Source: Candidatus Poribacteria bacterium | GTDB taxonomy: Bacteria > Poribacteria > WGA-4E > WGA-3G | Length of the DNA stretch: 64,000 nucleotides | Assembly (NCBI GenBank): GCA_965197475.1 | Contig: CBDANF010000003.1 | Span: 1,600,001-1,664,000 of the forward strand | Direction of reading: 5' to 3' | Part shown: piece after piece, positions 9,339-20,504 of the stretch | Numbering within the stretch: position 1 is the first letter of the stretch | How the letters are laid out: the number at the start of each line of letters is the position of its first letter | Translations under genes and position numbers: made by a program | The notes under the pieces: generated by a model | What the model was told of the DNA's origin: nothing | The model's database searches: none | Seen by the model: only the letters and a program-made list of their open reading frames with translations

Positions 9339-9746
9339 TTACAAATTACTCGCAACCTTAATACGATTCTGTGCACGCGCAAGTGCCGCTTCAGCACGCG
9401 GGCGGTTCAAATCTGGGGCATCTGCGGCGAGTTGTTCTTTGGCACGTTCAAGTGCACTTTCGGCACGCGACACGTCAATATCCGATGCCCATTCTGCTGT
9501 CTCAACTAATGCGGTGACACCAGTGCGTAGCACTTCAAAAACCCCACCGCTTGTCGCCATTGATCGTGGTGTTTCCGATTCGCTGATACGGATTTCACCG
9601 ACATCTAATGCCGTAAGGAAAGGGATGTGTCCCGCCAGAATCTGAAAGTTGCCCTCAACGCCCGGCGCGCCAACGCTTGTCACATCACCTTCATAAATCA
9701 ATTTTTCCGGTGTTCGTATTTCAAGGTGAAAACTTCTATTTTGCAT
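9339..9746 (-). CDS. atpC: ATP synthase F1 subunit epsilon
   Basis: LEIRTPEK, GVEGNFQILAGHIPFLT, SGGVFEV motifs, last gene of the operon. Confidence 0.95.
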   Translation of the reverse strand: MQNRSFHLEIRTPEKLIYEGDVTSVGAPGVEGNFQILAGHIPFLTALDVGEIRISESETPRSMATSGGVFEVLRTGVTALVETAEWASDIDVSRAESALERAKEQLAADAPDLNRPRAEAALARAQNRIKVASNL

Positions 9747-9771
9747 ATCTATGTTGTTTTAATGATTTCCA

Positions 9772-9975
9772 GCACTCCAGAGGAGTACTATGTCTATAGA
9801 AAACGTGATCTCAAGTTCTTGCACTCCGTAGGAGTGCTATGTGTGGTGAAACCATATACCGCTCCTACGGAGCGGGAGTGTTAATTAGATGTATGCTATA
9901 GACATATTGCTCCTACGGAGCAAAGGTATGTGTTTTGGGTCTATGTTGGGTTTCGCAAGCTCTACCCAACCTACG
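9772..9975. repeat. cluster of REP-like hairpins (CTCC-GTA-GGAG family) in inverted arrangement, plus a GTAG-type hairpin
   Basis: GCACTCCAGAGGAGTAC, GCACTCCGTAGGAGTGC, CGCTCCTACGGAGCG, TGCTCCTACGGAGCA, then GTTGGG..CCCAACCTAC. Confidence 0.75.
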
Positions 9976-9987
9976 AACTACTAACCA

Positions 9988-11430
<1,443 letters not shown>

Positions 11431-11485
11431 TTACAATCGCGCTGCTGACGAATCGCGAATTGAGGTTGCTTTCACAAGAGAATTG

Positions 11486-12364
11486 TTAACCTTCCAATGC
11501 GGCTGCGCCACTGACGATTTCCGAAATTTCCGTTGTAATCTGCGTTTGGCGTGCCCTATTGCGTTGGAGCACTAATTCGTCAATGAGTTCTTTTGCTTTC
11601 TGTGTGGCGTTTTCCATCGCAGCCATCCGTGCTGCTTGTTCTGCCGCGTTTGAGTCTAAAAGCACCTTCCACATTTGCATGTTCAGATGTTTGCCGAGCA
11701 GCATTTCAAAGAGTTCCGCCTGTCCCGGTTCATAGATATAATCTAAAAAAAGTGTATCGCCTTCTGGTGCCTCAGGTACAAGTGGGAGAAGTTGCTCAAC
11801 AAGCACGGTCTGTAGGATTGCGGATTTGAAATTGTTATAGATAACCTCAACCTTGTCAATCTTTTTGTCAACATAGAGATGTTCAAACTCGTGAACAACA
11901 TCAACAGCCGTCTGGAATTGGAGTTGGCGGAAGATATTGATGTATGCATCTGTAATGTCGTATCCACGGCGTGCAAAATGCTCTTGCCCTCGTTTGCCGA
12001 TGCAGATAAGCGTTACGTCCGCGCCACTTTCTTGGTAATGTTGTATCTGTTGTGTAGTTGTGCGGATAACATTGCTATTGAAACTACCGCATAAACCACG
12101 GTCACTAGAAACGGAGATAATACAGACATGTTTGATCTCACGGGTTTCCAGTAGCGGATGTGTCAAAGCCTGTTCCTCAGTGTCCATCTGTGAGATTAGA
12201 TGTCCGAGGATAGCGTTGAGTTTGTCCGCATACGGACGCGTGGCAGTTATATTTTCTTGCGCACGACGTAGCCGTGCTGCGGCAACGACGCGCATCGCAT
12301 CGGTTACCTGCTCAATGTTTTTAATACTGGCGATACGGCGTCGTATTTCTCGTAACGTTGCCAT
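11486..12364 (-). CDS. atpG: ATP synthase F1 subunit gamma
   Basis: MATLREIRRRI, SDRGLCGSFN, NRARQTQITTEISEI motifs. Confidence 0.97.
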   Translation of the reverse strand: MATLREIRRRIASIKNIEQVTDAMRVVAAARLRRAQENITATRPYADKLNAILGHLISQMDTEEQALTHPLLETREIKHVCIISVSSDRGLCGSFNSNVIRTTTQQIQHYQESGADVTLICIGKRGQEHFARRGYDITDAYINIFRQLQFQTAVDVVHEFEHLYVDKKIDKVEVIYNNFKSAILQTVLVEQLLPLVPEAPEGDTLFLDYIYEPGQAELFEMLLGKHLNMQMWKVLLDSNAAEQAARMAAMENATQKAKELIDELVLQRNRARQTQITTEISEIVSGAAALEG

Positions 12365-12366
12365 GG

Positions 12367-13968
12367 TTATTCACCTTGAGTTAGGGCTTCCTCTGCGGAG
12401 GAGTCTTCCGATGGCACAGCCGCAATTTGCGACTGTGGTGCAGGCGGTGTATCACTCCAATTTTCCTTGAATGCCTTGACAGCAGCGTGCATTGTTTCAA
12501 GCAATTCATCACCCAGCAGACCGGTTTCTGCGATTTCGGAGAGGAGTTCCGCATGATTTCTGTCAAGGTATTGCAGAAATTCAGATTCAAACCGCGCAAC
12601 TTCTGATTCAGGAACTTCGTCTAAGTAACCGTTTGTGCCACAGAAGATAGAGGCGACTTCCCGTTCAACAGGCATCGGTTGATATTGCGGTTGTTTCAGC
12701 AATTCCACGAGCCGCGTGCCACGAAGGAGCAAAGATTGTGTTGATGCATCCAGATCAGAACCGAATTGTGCAAAGGCAGCAACTTCTCTGAAACTTGCGA
12801 GATCAAGTTTCAGCGTGCCTGCAACCTCATCCGATTTCATCGCTTTAACTTGCGCATCGCCTCCGACACGAGAGACGGATGTACCGACATCAATTGCGGG
12901 TCTCACACCTTGGTTAAATAGATCCGTTGTGAGGTATATCTGCCCATCGGTAATAGAAATAACGTTTGTTGGGATATAAGTTGTTAAGTCGCCTTCAAAG
13001 ATTTCAATAATCGGTAGTGCGGTAAGGGAACCGCCACCCAATTCATCGCTGAGTTTTGCTGCGCGCTCTAACAGGCGTGAGTGTAGATAGAATACATCGC
13101 CGGGATACGCTTCACGCCCTGGAGGTCTGCGTGAAAGCAGAGACATTTGTCGGTATGCCCATGCGTGTTTTGTTAGGTCATCATAGATAATCAGCGCGTG
13201 CTTACCGTTAGAACTGAAGTATTCACCCATTGAAGTGCCAGAGTAGGGAGCGAGATATTGCAGCGGTGACGGTGCACTCGCGGAGGCAGAAACGATGATG
13301 GTATATTCCAATGCGTTGTGTTCACGAAGGGTATTTGCCACTTGTGCCAAAGTTGAACCTTTTTGACCGATAGCGACATAGATGCAGTAGACATCTGTGT
13401 TCTTTTGGCTCAGAATAGCATCTATTGCGATTGCAGTTTTGCCAGTTCGGCGGTCACCAATGATAAGTTCGCGCTGCCCTCTTCCGATCGGTGTTAAACT
13501 ATCAATAGCTTTCAAACCTGTGTAAAGAGGTTCGTTAACGGGTTGTCGTTGAACAATGCCTAACCCTTTCTGTTCCACGGGGAGTCGGTGTTCTGTATGA
13601 ATGTCTCCCAAACCATCAATAGGATTCCCAAGTGCGTCAACGATCCGTCCGAGGAGTGCATCACCGACAGGCACTTCAGGCAGTCTGCCTGTGCGTTTAA
13701 CGGTATCGCCTTCATGTATAAGTTGGTCTTCGCCAAACAACACACAACCGACGTTGTCTTCTTCAAGGTTAAAAGCGATGCCGTAAACATCGTTCGGGAA
13801 TTCAATCATTTCGCTTGCCATTGCATTGGCAAGCCCATGCACCCGCGCGATACCATCGCCTACCTCCAGCACAGTGCCGGAGTCATAGACATCCACGTCC
13901 TGTTCAAACTGTTGCAGCTGCTGTTTTAGTATATTCGATATTTCGTCCGGTCGGACTTCTCTTGCCAT
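12367..13968 (-). CDS. atpA: ATP synthase F1 subunit alpha
   Basis: [40 protein letters not shown] motifs. Start set at MAREV. Confidence 0.97.
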   Translation of the reverse strand: MAREVRPDEISNILKQQLQQFEQDVDVYDSGTVLEVGDGIARVHGLANAMASEMIEFPNDVYGIAFNLEEDNVGCVLFGEDQLIHEGDTVKRTGRLPEVPVGDALLGRIVDALGNPIDGLGDIHTEHRLPVEQKGLGIVQRQPVNEPLYTGLKAIDSLTPIGRGQRELIIGDRRTGKTAIAIDAILSQKNTDVYCIYVAIGQKGSTLAQVANTLREHNALEYTIIVSASASAPSPLQYLAPYSGTSMGEYFSSNGKHALIIYDDLTKHAWAYRQMSLLSRRPPGREAYPGDVFYLHSRLLERAAKLSDELGGGSLTALPIIEIFEGDLTTYIPTNVISITDGQIYLTTDLFNQGVRPAIDVGTSVSRVGGDAQVKAMKSDEVAGTLKLDLASFREVAAFAQFGSDLDASTQSLLLRGTRLVELLKQPQYQPMPVEREVASIFCGTNGYLDEVPESEVARFESEFLQYLDRNHAELLSEIAETGLLGDELLETMHAAVKAFKENWSDTPPAPQSQIAAVPSEDSSAEEALTQGE

Positions 13969-14086
13969 ATTTTCGATCCTCTGCGGAGTCGCAATTGTCT
14001 TCAATTAGATGGGAAACCTGCGAAATTCGGGGTAGCCACTCCTACTAATAGATGTGTGGTGGTGTATTCTATACCGTGCAGCCAAT

Positions 14087-14626
14087 TTAACCTTTTGCGA
14101 GTTGACGTTTCAAACGTTGGAGTTGTGCCGTGACGCTTGCATCAAAAACGGTGTCGCCTAACTGCACAATAAACCCACCCTGAATCTGTTCATCGGTTTC
14201 GGTTTCCAACTGTACCTGTTTTCCCGAATATGTGCTTAATTGCTGGACAAGTCGTTGCTCTTGGTTTTGTGTAATCGGCACAGCTGTTGTCACTTTTGCG
14301 ATAATCCTGCCCGCAGCTTCATCAGCAATCGCTGAAAAAACATCCATTATTGCGACAAGATAACGTTCGCGTTGCTTTAATGCAAGAAGTTTGAGGAAAT
14401 TAATCATCAGCGGATGCATTCCATCGGTAAAAAGCTGCTGAAACGTGTCGCTTTTAAATTGTGGGGACAGCAGAGGGCTGTTGAGAAATAGCGTGAATTC
14501 CTCAGACTGTTCAATCAACTCCCGCAGCTTCTCAATATCAGCGGCAATAGATTCTAAAACACTCTGTTCGCCAGCCGCTTCGTATAACGCGCGAGCATAA
14601 GGTTTTGCGACCCGAATGTCTCTCAT
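14087..14626 (-). CDS. atpH: ATP synthase F1 subunit delta
   Basis: VAKPYARALY and GGFIVQLGDTVFDASV motifs. Confidence 0.95.
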   Translation of the reverse strand: MRDIRVAKPYARALYEAAGEQSVLESIAADIEKLRELIEQSEEFTLFLNSPLLSPQFKSDTFQQLFTDGMHPLMINFLKLLALKQRERYLVAIMDVFSAIADEAAGRIIAKVTTAVPITQNQEQRLVQQLSTYSGKQVQLETETDEQIQGGFIVQLGDTVFDASVTAQLQRLKRQLAKG

Positions 14627-14673
14627 TGTCCGTTTTCACCTATGAAATAATTTGGATGTCTAAAAGGTAAAAT

Positions 14674-15267
14674 CTACTGACTTGAATCCGCTGACAACCT
14701 GTTAATAGAGGCATCAATAATATTTTGGTGTCTCTCAGGGGTCAGTTCCGCACTGATAATTTTGCTGGCTGCATCAATCGCGAGTTCAGCAACAACGCCA
14801 CGCAGTTCTGATATAGCCTCGTCTTTTTCGCGCTGAATTTCAGTACGTGCTCTTGCGATCTCATCTTCAGACTCTTGTCGCGCTTGTGCAATGATTTGCT
14901 GACGTTCTGTGTTCCCTTGATCAATGGCGGCTTGGATTTTGGCTTGCGACTCGTTTTCAATATCGCCTAAACGTTGTCGTGTTTCAGCGGTGAGTCGGTC
15001 CAATTCTTCTCGGTCAGTCTTCAATTGTTCCAACTGGGTCGTTATTTCAGTTCGACGTTCGTCTAAAAGTCCACCGACTTTACCAAAGACAAACTTCCAT
15101 AGGATGGCAAGCACGACGAGAAAGCCGATGACTTGGACAACAATCGTCTTGGGATCAATCCCAAGCAATCCTAAAAGTCCACTTTCAGCGGGAGCATCCG
15201 CGGCGAATACACTGGTGATACATATTCCCATTAAAATGAGACAACATGCATATATCTTTTTTCTCAT
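14674..15267 (-). CDS. atpF: ATP synthase Fo subunit b with signal-peptide-like N-terminus
   Basis: QVIGFLVVLAILWKF transmembrane helix, LDERR, long coiled coil, VAELAIDAASKII. Start set at MRKK. Confidence 0.92.
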   Translation of the reverse strand: MRKKIYACCLILMGICITSVFAADAPAESGLLGLLGIDPKTIVVQVIGFLVVLAILWKFVFGKVGGLLDERRTEITTQLEQLKTDREELDRLTAETRQRLGDIENESQAKIQAAIDQGNTERQQIIAQARQESEDEIARARTEIQREKDEAISELRGVVAELAIDAASKIISAELTPERHQNIIDASINRLSADSSQ

Positions 15268-15349
15268 AAGTTTCTTGGACTCGCTAATAGGTCCCCAACT
15301 TTTTTGGGGCATTTCTTTTTTCCATGCCCCAATTTGTTGGAGGTTGCAT

Positions 15350-15697
15350 TTATTGGTTTTCGCCTGCATCTTCCATTTCGACACCGTTTGCGGCGTTTTC
15401 CTGCACCTGTTCAATCTGAGCTTTTCCAGCTTCGGCATCAAACAATCCTCTCAGCATTTCATCTGCAGGAAGTTTTGCCTGCAACATTAAGAACATTAAA
15501 AGTGCATAAATAACAAGCGATTCGATGAGAGCCAAACCGATAATCATCGCGGTTTGTATTTTCGCAGCTGACTCAGGTTGACGCGCAATTCCTTCAAGAG
15601 CAGTACTTGTTGCCTTTCCTTGCGCCGTTGAGGCAAAAATAACAGCGATCGGCAACCCTAAGGTTACACCAAACGCTAACACTGCTAAATAAATCAT
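15350..15697 (-). CDS. atpE: ATP synthase Fo subunit c with acidic C-terminal extension
   Basis: EGIARQPE loop, ALIESLVIY ion-binding helix, about 40 extra C-terminal residues. Confidence 0.95.
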   Translation of the reverse strand: MIYLAVLAFGVTLGLPIAVIFASTAQGKATSTALEGIARQPESAAKIQTAMIIGLALIESLVIYALLMFLMLQAKLPADEMLRGLFDAEAGKAQIEQVQENAANGVEMEDAGENQ

Positions 15698-15747
15698 GAA
15701 ATGTCCTCCTTGGACAGATAGGGCAAGTTAACACTTGACCCACAGAA

Positions 15748-16635
15748 TTAATGATGCGCTTCATGCGCTTCTTCGTCGTGTTCTATAAACAGCACGATAT
15801 AGATAGACGTTAAGATAGTAAAAACGAATGCCTGCAGAAAACCACCGAACAACCCAAAGAACATCATTGGAACTTGAACTGGTATCGGTAGAAAGAAAGA
15901 ACCGGCAATCGTGATGATACCAAGACCTGTAAGTTGAATAATAACTGATTCTTCCCCGAAGATATTACCGAAAAGGCGTACAGCAAGCGAACCAGCACGC
16001 GATAGCTGTGTGATGACTTCAAGCGGAAACATCAAAACACCTAACCACGGTGGGTTGCCCATAAGATGCTTAAGATATCCGCCGATTCCGTTCTCTTTAA
16101 TAGCGATGATTTGAACGCCCAACACGGCTGTTATGCCGAGGGCGATTGTTGTATTCAAATCTGCTGTAGGGGCTTGAAAACCTGGGATGAGTCCGAGATA
16201 GTTCAGGGAGAGAATAAAGATGAAAAAAGAACCAACAAAGGGAACATATTTTTTGCCGTGTTCGCCGAGGATGCCCCCAAAGAAATCAATTATACCCCCT
16301 ACTATAAGCTCTAATAAGGTTTGACCTTTTCCTTCGGGGATCCGTTTCAATTTGCTTGTGGCAAAAATGAAAAGAACGGCTAAAACAAGGACTGCAAAAA
16401 ATGTATTTGGAATCAGGTCCGGTTGATGCCACTTACTTGGTTCTGGAATGATGTTATTCGGTAACAACTGTGAAATCGGAGAGAGCCAAGAACGGTGGCT
16501 ATGGTCATCGGAATGTGCCTCATCATGCGCATCGGCATGGGTTTCCGTTGAGGGGGCATCCTCAGCTGCGAAAGTTCCGGTCCCCGCTACGAAACAGAGT
16601 CCGATAACCAAACAGATAAACGATATTTTTTTCAT
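15748..16635 (-). CDS. atpB: ATP synthase Fo subunit a
   Basis: SLAVRLFGN and LQAFVFTILTSIYI motifs, signal-like and His-rich N-terminus. Confidence 0.96.
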   Translation of the reverse strand: MKKISFICLVIGLCFVAGTGTFAAEDAPSTETHADAHDEAHSDDHSHRSWLSPISQLLPNNIIPEPSKWHQPDLIPNTFFAVLVLAVLFIFATSKLKRIPEGKGQTLLELIVGGIIDFFGGILGEHGKKYVPFVGSFFIFILSLNYLGLIPGFQAPTADLNTTIALGITAVLGVQIIAIKENGIGGYLKHLMGNPPWLGVLMFPLEVITQLSRAGSLAVRLFGNIFGEESVIIQLTGLGIITIAGSFFLPIPVQVPMMFFGLFGGFLQAFVFTILTSIYIVLFIEHDEEAHEAHH

Positions 16636-16707
16636 ATTTTGTTGTTAATGTCTTTTAAATGTAAAATTATTTCACTTCCCACTTCAAAGTAAACTTTTAG
16701 GTTTCTC

Positions 16708-17115
16708 TTAAGGTTGATCAGGGTCTTTTTTTCTAAGAATAGTTATCATCAAACCGATTGCTTTGAGAATGATTGCACCTTGTACTAAAACAATTCCCCC
16801 GCCGAACGCGTAAATATCCATCCACTTCATTTTAAACAAGAAATAGAGCAGCACACCAAGCACTGTATATTTGCCGAGTGCGATGAAACCGAGCAAATAC
16901 TTTGTTCGCTGCGTTTTTCCCGGACGAATCAGTCTTCGAATCACGAATTCGATTGACCAGAATAGACTAAGACCAATAACACTACCGATCAGAAAACTGG
17001 GAAGTGCGATACGTTTGAAGCCTAACAACACTGCGCCAATCACAACAGTAAGGCAAATTGTTAAGATATAAACTTGTCGAATAAACCGGTCACCAAATTC
17101 AAGTGTGGGACCCAT
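16708..17115 (-). CDS. atpI: ATP synthase subunit I-like membrane protein
   Basis: Four hydrophobic segments, directly upstream of atpB. Confidence 0.75.
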   Translation of the reverse strand: MGPTLEFGDRFIRQVYILTICLTVVIGAVLLGFKRIALPSFLIGSVIGLSLFWSIEFVIRRLIRPGKTQRTKYLLGFIALGKYTVLGVLLYFLFKMKWMDIYAFGGGIVLVQGAIILKAIGLMITILRKKDPDQP

Positions 17116-17234
17116 TTAAGTAGATGACTCCTTTGTCAAAGTAACGGCGAATCGTTAACGTATAATTGTGGATGTGTCATTAAGTCACGACTTCATGACG
17201 TTTTGCATCAGAAAAACGATACGCATTAACGTAT

Positions 17235-17846
17235 TTACTTATCTGGAACACGTGCAATTAAACAATCTTCCATTTCTATGATGAATGAAAAACCCTTTAC
17301 CGTGCCTATTACCAAAACATCGTCACCTTTTTTTAGCTGAGCGAGCAAAGGACGCTGATCTGGATGCATCTCACAAGTGAGACTCTTCATAAAAACTTCC
17401 GTTTTCAAATTGATTGAGGCTATTCCAAACATATCTGAAAAATTACTAATCTCACCCCGCACTAATATAAGTTTCCCTTTATACTTTTTATCTGCTGCGA
17501 ATTCATTGTTATCATAATCTTGCGCTAAAACTGTTGCATGCACCTTATGAGCAACTTTTTCCATCGCAACTTCGAACGCTGATTTTTGGGGTGGTGGGGG
17601 TGATGGTTCAGGCGAAACTTCATTAAGCTTTTCTTCCCACGTGGAAATATCAATTTTCGATTTTGGCTTAGGAGGTCGTTCTCCTGCGGGTTCTATTATA
17701 GATCCATCTTCCTCCGATTTTTCTTCAACTGGCACATCAGGCAAAACACCTGCCAACTCCAAAATAATGAAAAGCAAAAAGATGCCGACAAAGAAACCAC
17801 CAACCGTCAAACAGCCGATTTTCAATACTTTTTTCATATCATTCAC
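17235..17846 (-). CDS. membrane-anchored OB-fold (tRNA_anti-like) protein
   Basis: N-terminal TM helix, Pro-rich linker, YDNNEFAADKKYKGKLILVRGEI motif. Confidence 0.75.
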   Translation of the reverse strand: MNDMKKVLKIGCLTVGGFFVGIFLLFIILELAGVLPDVPVEEKSEEDGSIIEPAGERPPKPKSKIDISTWEEKLNEVSPEPSPPPPQKSAFEVAMEKVAHKVHATVLAQDYDNNEFAADKKYKGKLILVRGEISNFSDMFGIASINLKTEVFMKSLTCEMHPDQRPLLAQLKKGDDVLVIGTVKGFSFIIEMEDCLIARVPDK

Positions 17847-17870
17847 CGCTATTGCAAAATGGGTCGCTAT

Positions 17871-18236
17871 TTAATCCCATAAGGTTTTAACAGCAATTTC
17901 TAATTGTTGTTCCACCTTCACCCAGTCATCCCACTTCTGATCTTTAGCGAGTTCTAACACCTTCTGCTTGGCGAATTCAACTTGCTCTTTCACCTTGGCT
18001 TTGTCAATTTCGGGTTCATATTTTACAAATACCTTGATTGCATTCTTGTCAGGAACCTCAAAAAATGCGACCACAACCGGCCCTCTGGTCACAGAATAAA
18101 GAGCATTTAACTTAAGTGCTAACCACTCCAGGCGCGTCGGTTGATAAAGCTGCTTTCCTTCCAATACGGACTCTGCAGCAGATGTTTTTGTTATCTGTGG
18201 TGCGGCATCAATCTGTCCTTCAGATCTTTTGAGCAT
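17871..18236 (-). CDS. hypothetical protein
   Basis: ORF with AGGAG RBS before the ATG at 18236. Confidence 0.6.
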   Translation of the reverse strand: MLKRSEGQIDAAPQITKTSAAESVLEGKQLYQPTRLEWLALKLNALYSVTRGPVVVAFFEVPDKNAIKVFVKYEPEIDKAKVKEQVEFAKQKVLELAKDQKWDDWVKVEQQLEIAVKTLWD

Positions 18237-18388
18237 GTTTTCTCCTTTGTGAGTGAATATTGGTAAATATTCATTTGTTACTATTATTAATGTCTTCGGC
18301 GGTGAGGGACACGAACTTGGTAACATTTACCACGCCTTCGCTTTCCATTTCGTATTGGAATTCAGTTGATTCTCGAAAGTATCAGAGA

Positions 18389-18682
18389 TTATTCTCCTTC
18401 AGTGTCTTGTGCTTGTTGTGCTTCATCACGACGTTGTTTTTCCATGCGTTCCATTTTTCGGTTCCATCGTGCTATTGACCGAAACATTTCCATGAATCCG
18501 GCAGCGGTCCCGAGTGCAAACCCGATGTACGATCCGATTTCTGCGTTGCCCAATTTTCCACCGATCCACTTACCCCCGAAATAACCGATAGCAATAGCGA
18601 GTGCAAGCGTTATTCCAATGGAAGCGAGGTCGAACATCCCTACATTTTCATGTTTGAATTGGTCTAACCGTCGTTTAAACAT
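18389..18682 (-). CDS. AtpZ/AtpI (ATPase gene 1) family protein
   Basis: Two-TM pattern SIGITLALAIAIGYFGGKWIG...GFALGTAAGF, first gene of the atp operon. Confidence 0.8.
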   Translation of the reverse strand: MFKRRLDQFKHENVGMFDLASIGITLALAIAIGYFGGKWIGGKLGNAEIGSYIGFALGTAAGFMEMFRSIARWNRKMERMEKQRRDEAQQAQDTEGE

Positions 18683-18745
18683 GACGTTTGCTCCCACAAA
18701 ATGAAATGATGTTAGAACAGATTCCCTCCTTAAGCAACGCTATAA

Positions 18746-18774
18746 ATTATACTACAAGATTTGTGTTAATGCAA
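18746..18774 (-). promoter_or_regulatory. atp operon sigma70-type promoter
   Basis: TTGCAT-17 bp-TATAAT on the minus strand. Confidence 0.55.
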
Positions 18775-18804
18775 AAATTTTGACACATTTTCTTTACTTG
18801 AACT

Positions 18805-20241
18805 TCATTTTGATTGAATCAAAACTGCCCAATGTGCTTCGGTCGGAGCAGACAGTGTTATGCTATCGTTGAAAGGGATTTCCTCTTGTTTTTTCCATTC
18901 GCTTTTGCGGATATTTAGCCATCTGATTGTTACTGTTTTGGCATCTATCTTTTCACCAGCACTCAGATTGAGGTTTACTGAACCACCTTTTGGGAAGTAG
19001 ACTGCATATTCTTTTCCTGGATTTGCGATGGTATACGCGCCGTTATCTTCTCTGTTGGAAAGCAAGTCATTGTGAGGCTCACACGTAAAAACGTCCATCT
19101 CGCCTGTGATGGTTCGCATACTCTTGAGGCTCGCTTGTGCTGTTTTGCTCAAACCGAGTCCGTTGGGAGGACGGTGGAACCGTGCTGATGCAAATCCACC
19201 AAAGATATTTCGCCAGAATCGCGCTAATCCATCTTGTGTTTTACCGTATTTCCCGCTATCAGCACCGTAAATCTTAATATTATTGATAGGACGAATCGGT
19301 GAAAGTTCTGACCGATATTTCTGAGCGTTATCCCAATGTGTCTGTCGCTTCTGCGTATTATTCTGTGATATATCGCAAAACGAGTATATTTCTGGATGAT
19401 CGCTTGTCTCTCGATGTTTTTTATGATATATTTCCCACGGATTCCACATCTCAGTCGTTTCAACGGCACGTCCAGCTTCGGCTGCTCGCTTCTTGATATA
19501 GGTTGACCAGTATTTACCCCATTCAGGCGTAACTTCAGTTTCATTGTCCATACAGTAGAGTATGTGCCCGTACTGAAGCGTTTCAGAGAGAAGTTTATCT
19601 ACATACTTTTCCTGATATTTCAAGACGATTTCCTGATTGCGTTCTTTCGGCACTGACCAGAAAAAGTTATTATCTGTTCCAACAGGATGGGTTTTAACAA
19701 CAGTGGGTAACCCTGTTTCCTCTGCTGTGTAATTGCTGTTATTTTTTGGATTGAAAGGATTCGTATCCCACGGTTCACGATAATAGCTGAAGGTTGCCCA
19801 CACCTCAATCTGGACAATAATATCCATTTCATGTGTCCACGTGATAAAGTTGCGAAAACGCGTCCAAAATTCATCGTTCCACTGATTTAAGTCATATTTC
19901 TCACCGACTTTTTTGTGGGGAGGCACATCGCCTTCATCAACCCAACTCATCGTAGACCGCACATAGTTACCACCGACCGACTTCAACAGTTCAAGATGCT
20001 CTCTGAGATTCGGTATCTGAAATAGGTTGTCCTCGACTGAACCACCGATTAATAGAATTGGCTCACCTTTATACTGCCAGTAACGCGGATTTTCTGCATA
20101 AATTTGGATACGATTTTTTTCCATGTCTTTATCCTTTTGGGCATTAGTTTCCTTTGCTGTTATTAAGAACAGGGATACGAATACGAGTAAAGCCAACACA
20201 AGTTTGCCGTTAGCGAAGTGCGGCTCCCGCAGACTTTTCAT
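18805..20241 (-). CDS. secreted glycoside-hydrolase-like protein with C-terminal collagen-binding-like domain (paralog 1)
   Basis: Signal peptide, NPRYWQYKGEP, YCMDNE putative acid/base motif, YAVYFPKGG..W C-terminal domain. Confidence 0.7.
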   Translation of the reverse strand: MKSLREPHFANGKLVLALLVFVSLFLITAKETNAQKDKDMEKNRIQIYAENPRYWQYKGEPILLIGGSVEDNLFQIPNLREHLELLKSVGGNYVRSTMSWVDEGDVPPHKKVGEKYDLNQWNDEFWTRFRNFITWTHEMDIIVQIEVWATFSYYREPWDTNPFNPKNNSNYTAEETGLPTVVKTHPVGTDNNFFWSVPKERNQEIVLKYQEKYVDKLLSETLQYGHILYCMDNETEVTPEWGKYWSTYIKKRAAEAGRAVETTEMWNPWEIYHKKHRETSDHPEIYSFCDISQNNTQKRQTHWDNAQKYRSELSPIRPINNIKIYGADSGKYGKTQDGLARFWRNIFGGFASARFHRPPNGLGLSKTAQASLKSMRTITGEMDVFTCEPHNDLLSNREDNGAYTIANPGKEYAVYFPKGGSVNLNLSAGEKIDAKTVTIRWLNIRKSEWKKQEEIPFNDSITLSAPTEAHWAVLIQSK

Positions 20242-20270
20242 AAGATTGCCTCCTGAATATAACGGATATA

Positions 20271-20455
20271 ATACCAAATTAACTTGATTCGAAGTTTTCC
20301 GATAAAGTCGGCATTGCGAAGAATACCCGGGACCTCGCGCTACAAATCGGGGTAAGTGGGGATAATATCAAATTAACTTGATTTATCTCATTTTTCTTGG
20401 TATAAGGTGCGGTTAGAAACCGCACCTACCGAGTGGGATCAAGTTAATTTGGTAT
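20271..20455. mobile_element. composite MITE-like element with 18-bp perfect TIR ATACCAAATTAACTTGAT and nested hairpins
   Basis: TIRs at 20271-20288 and 20438-20455, extra internal TIR copy, AGGTGCGGTT..AACCGCACCTAC hairpin. Homologous to 30203-30313. Confidence 0.75.
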
Positions 20456-20504
20456 AACACACCTGTGGATTGAACAACGGGAAACCCAACAATTTACTTG
20501 AACT

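Noticed and set aside
9772-9922. CRISPR array (also 24203-24352)
   Set aside because: Units are degenerate and inverted relative to each other, spacing is irregular, and no cas genes are present.
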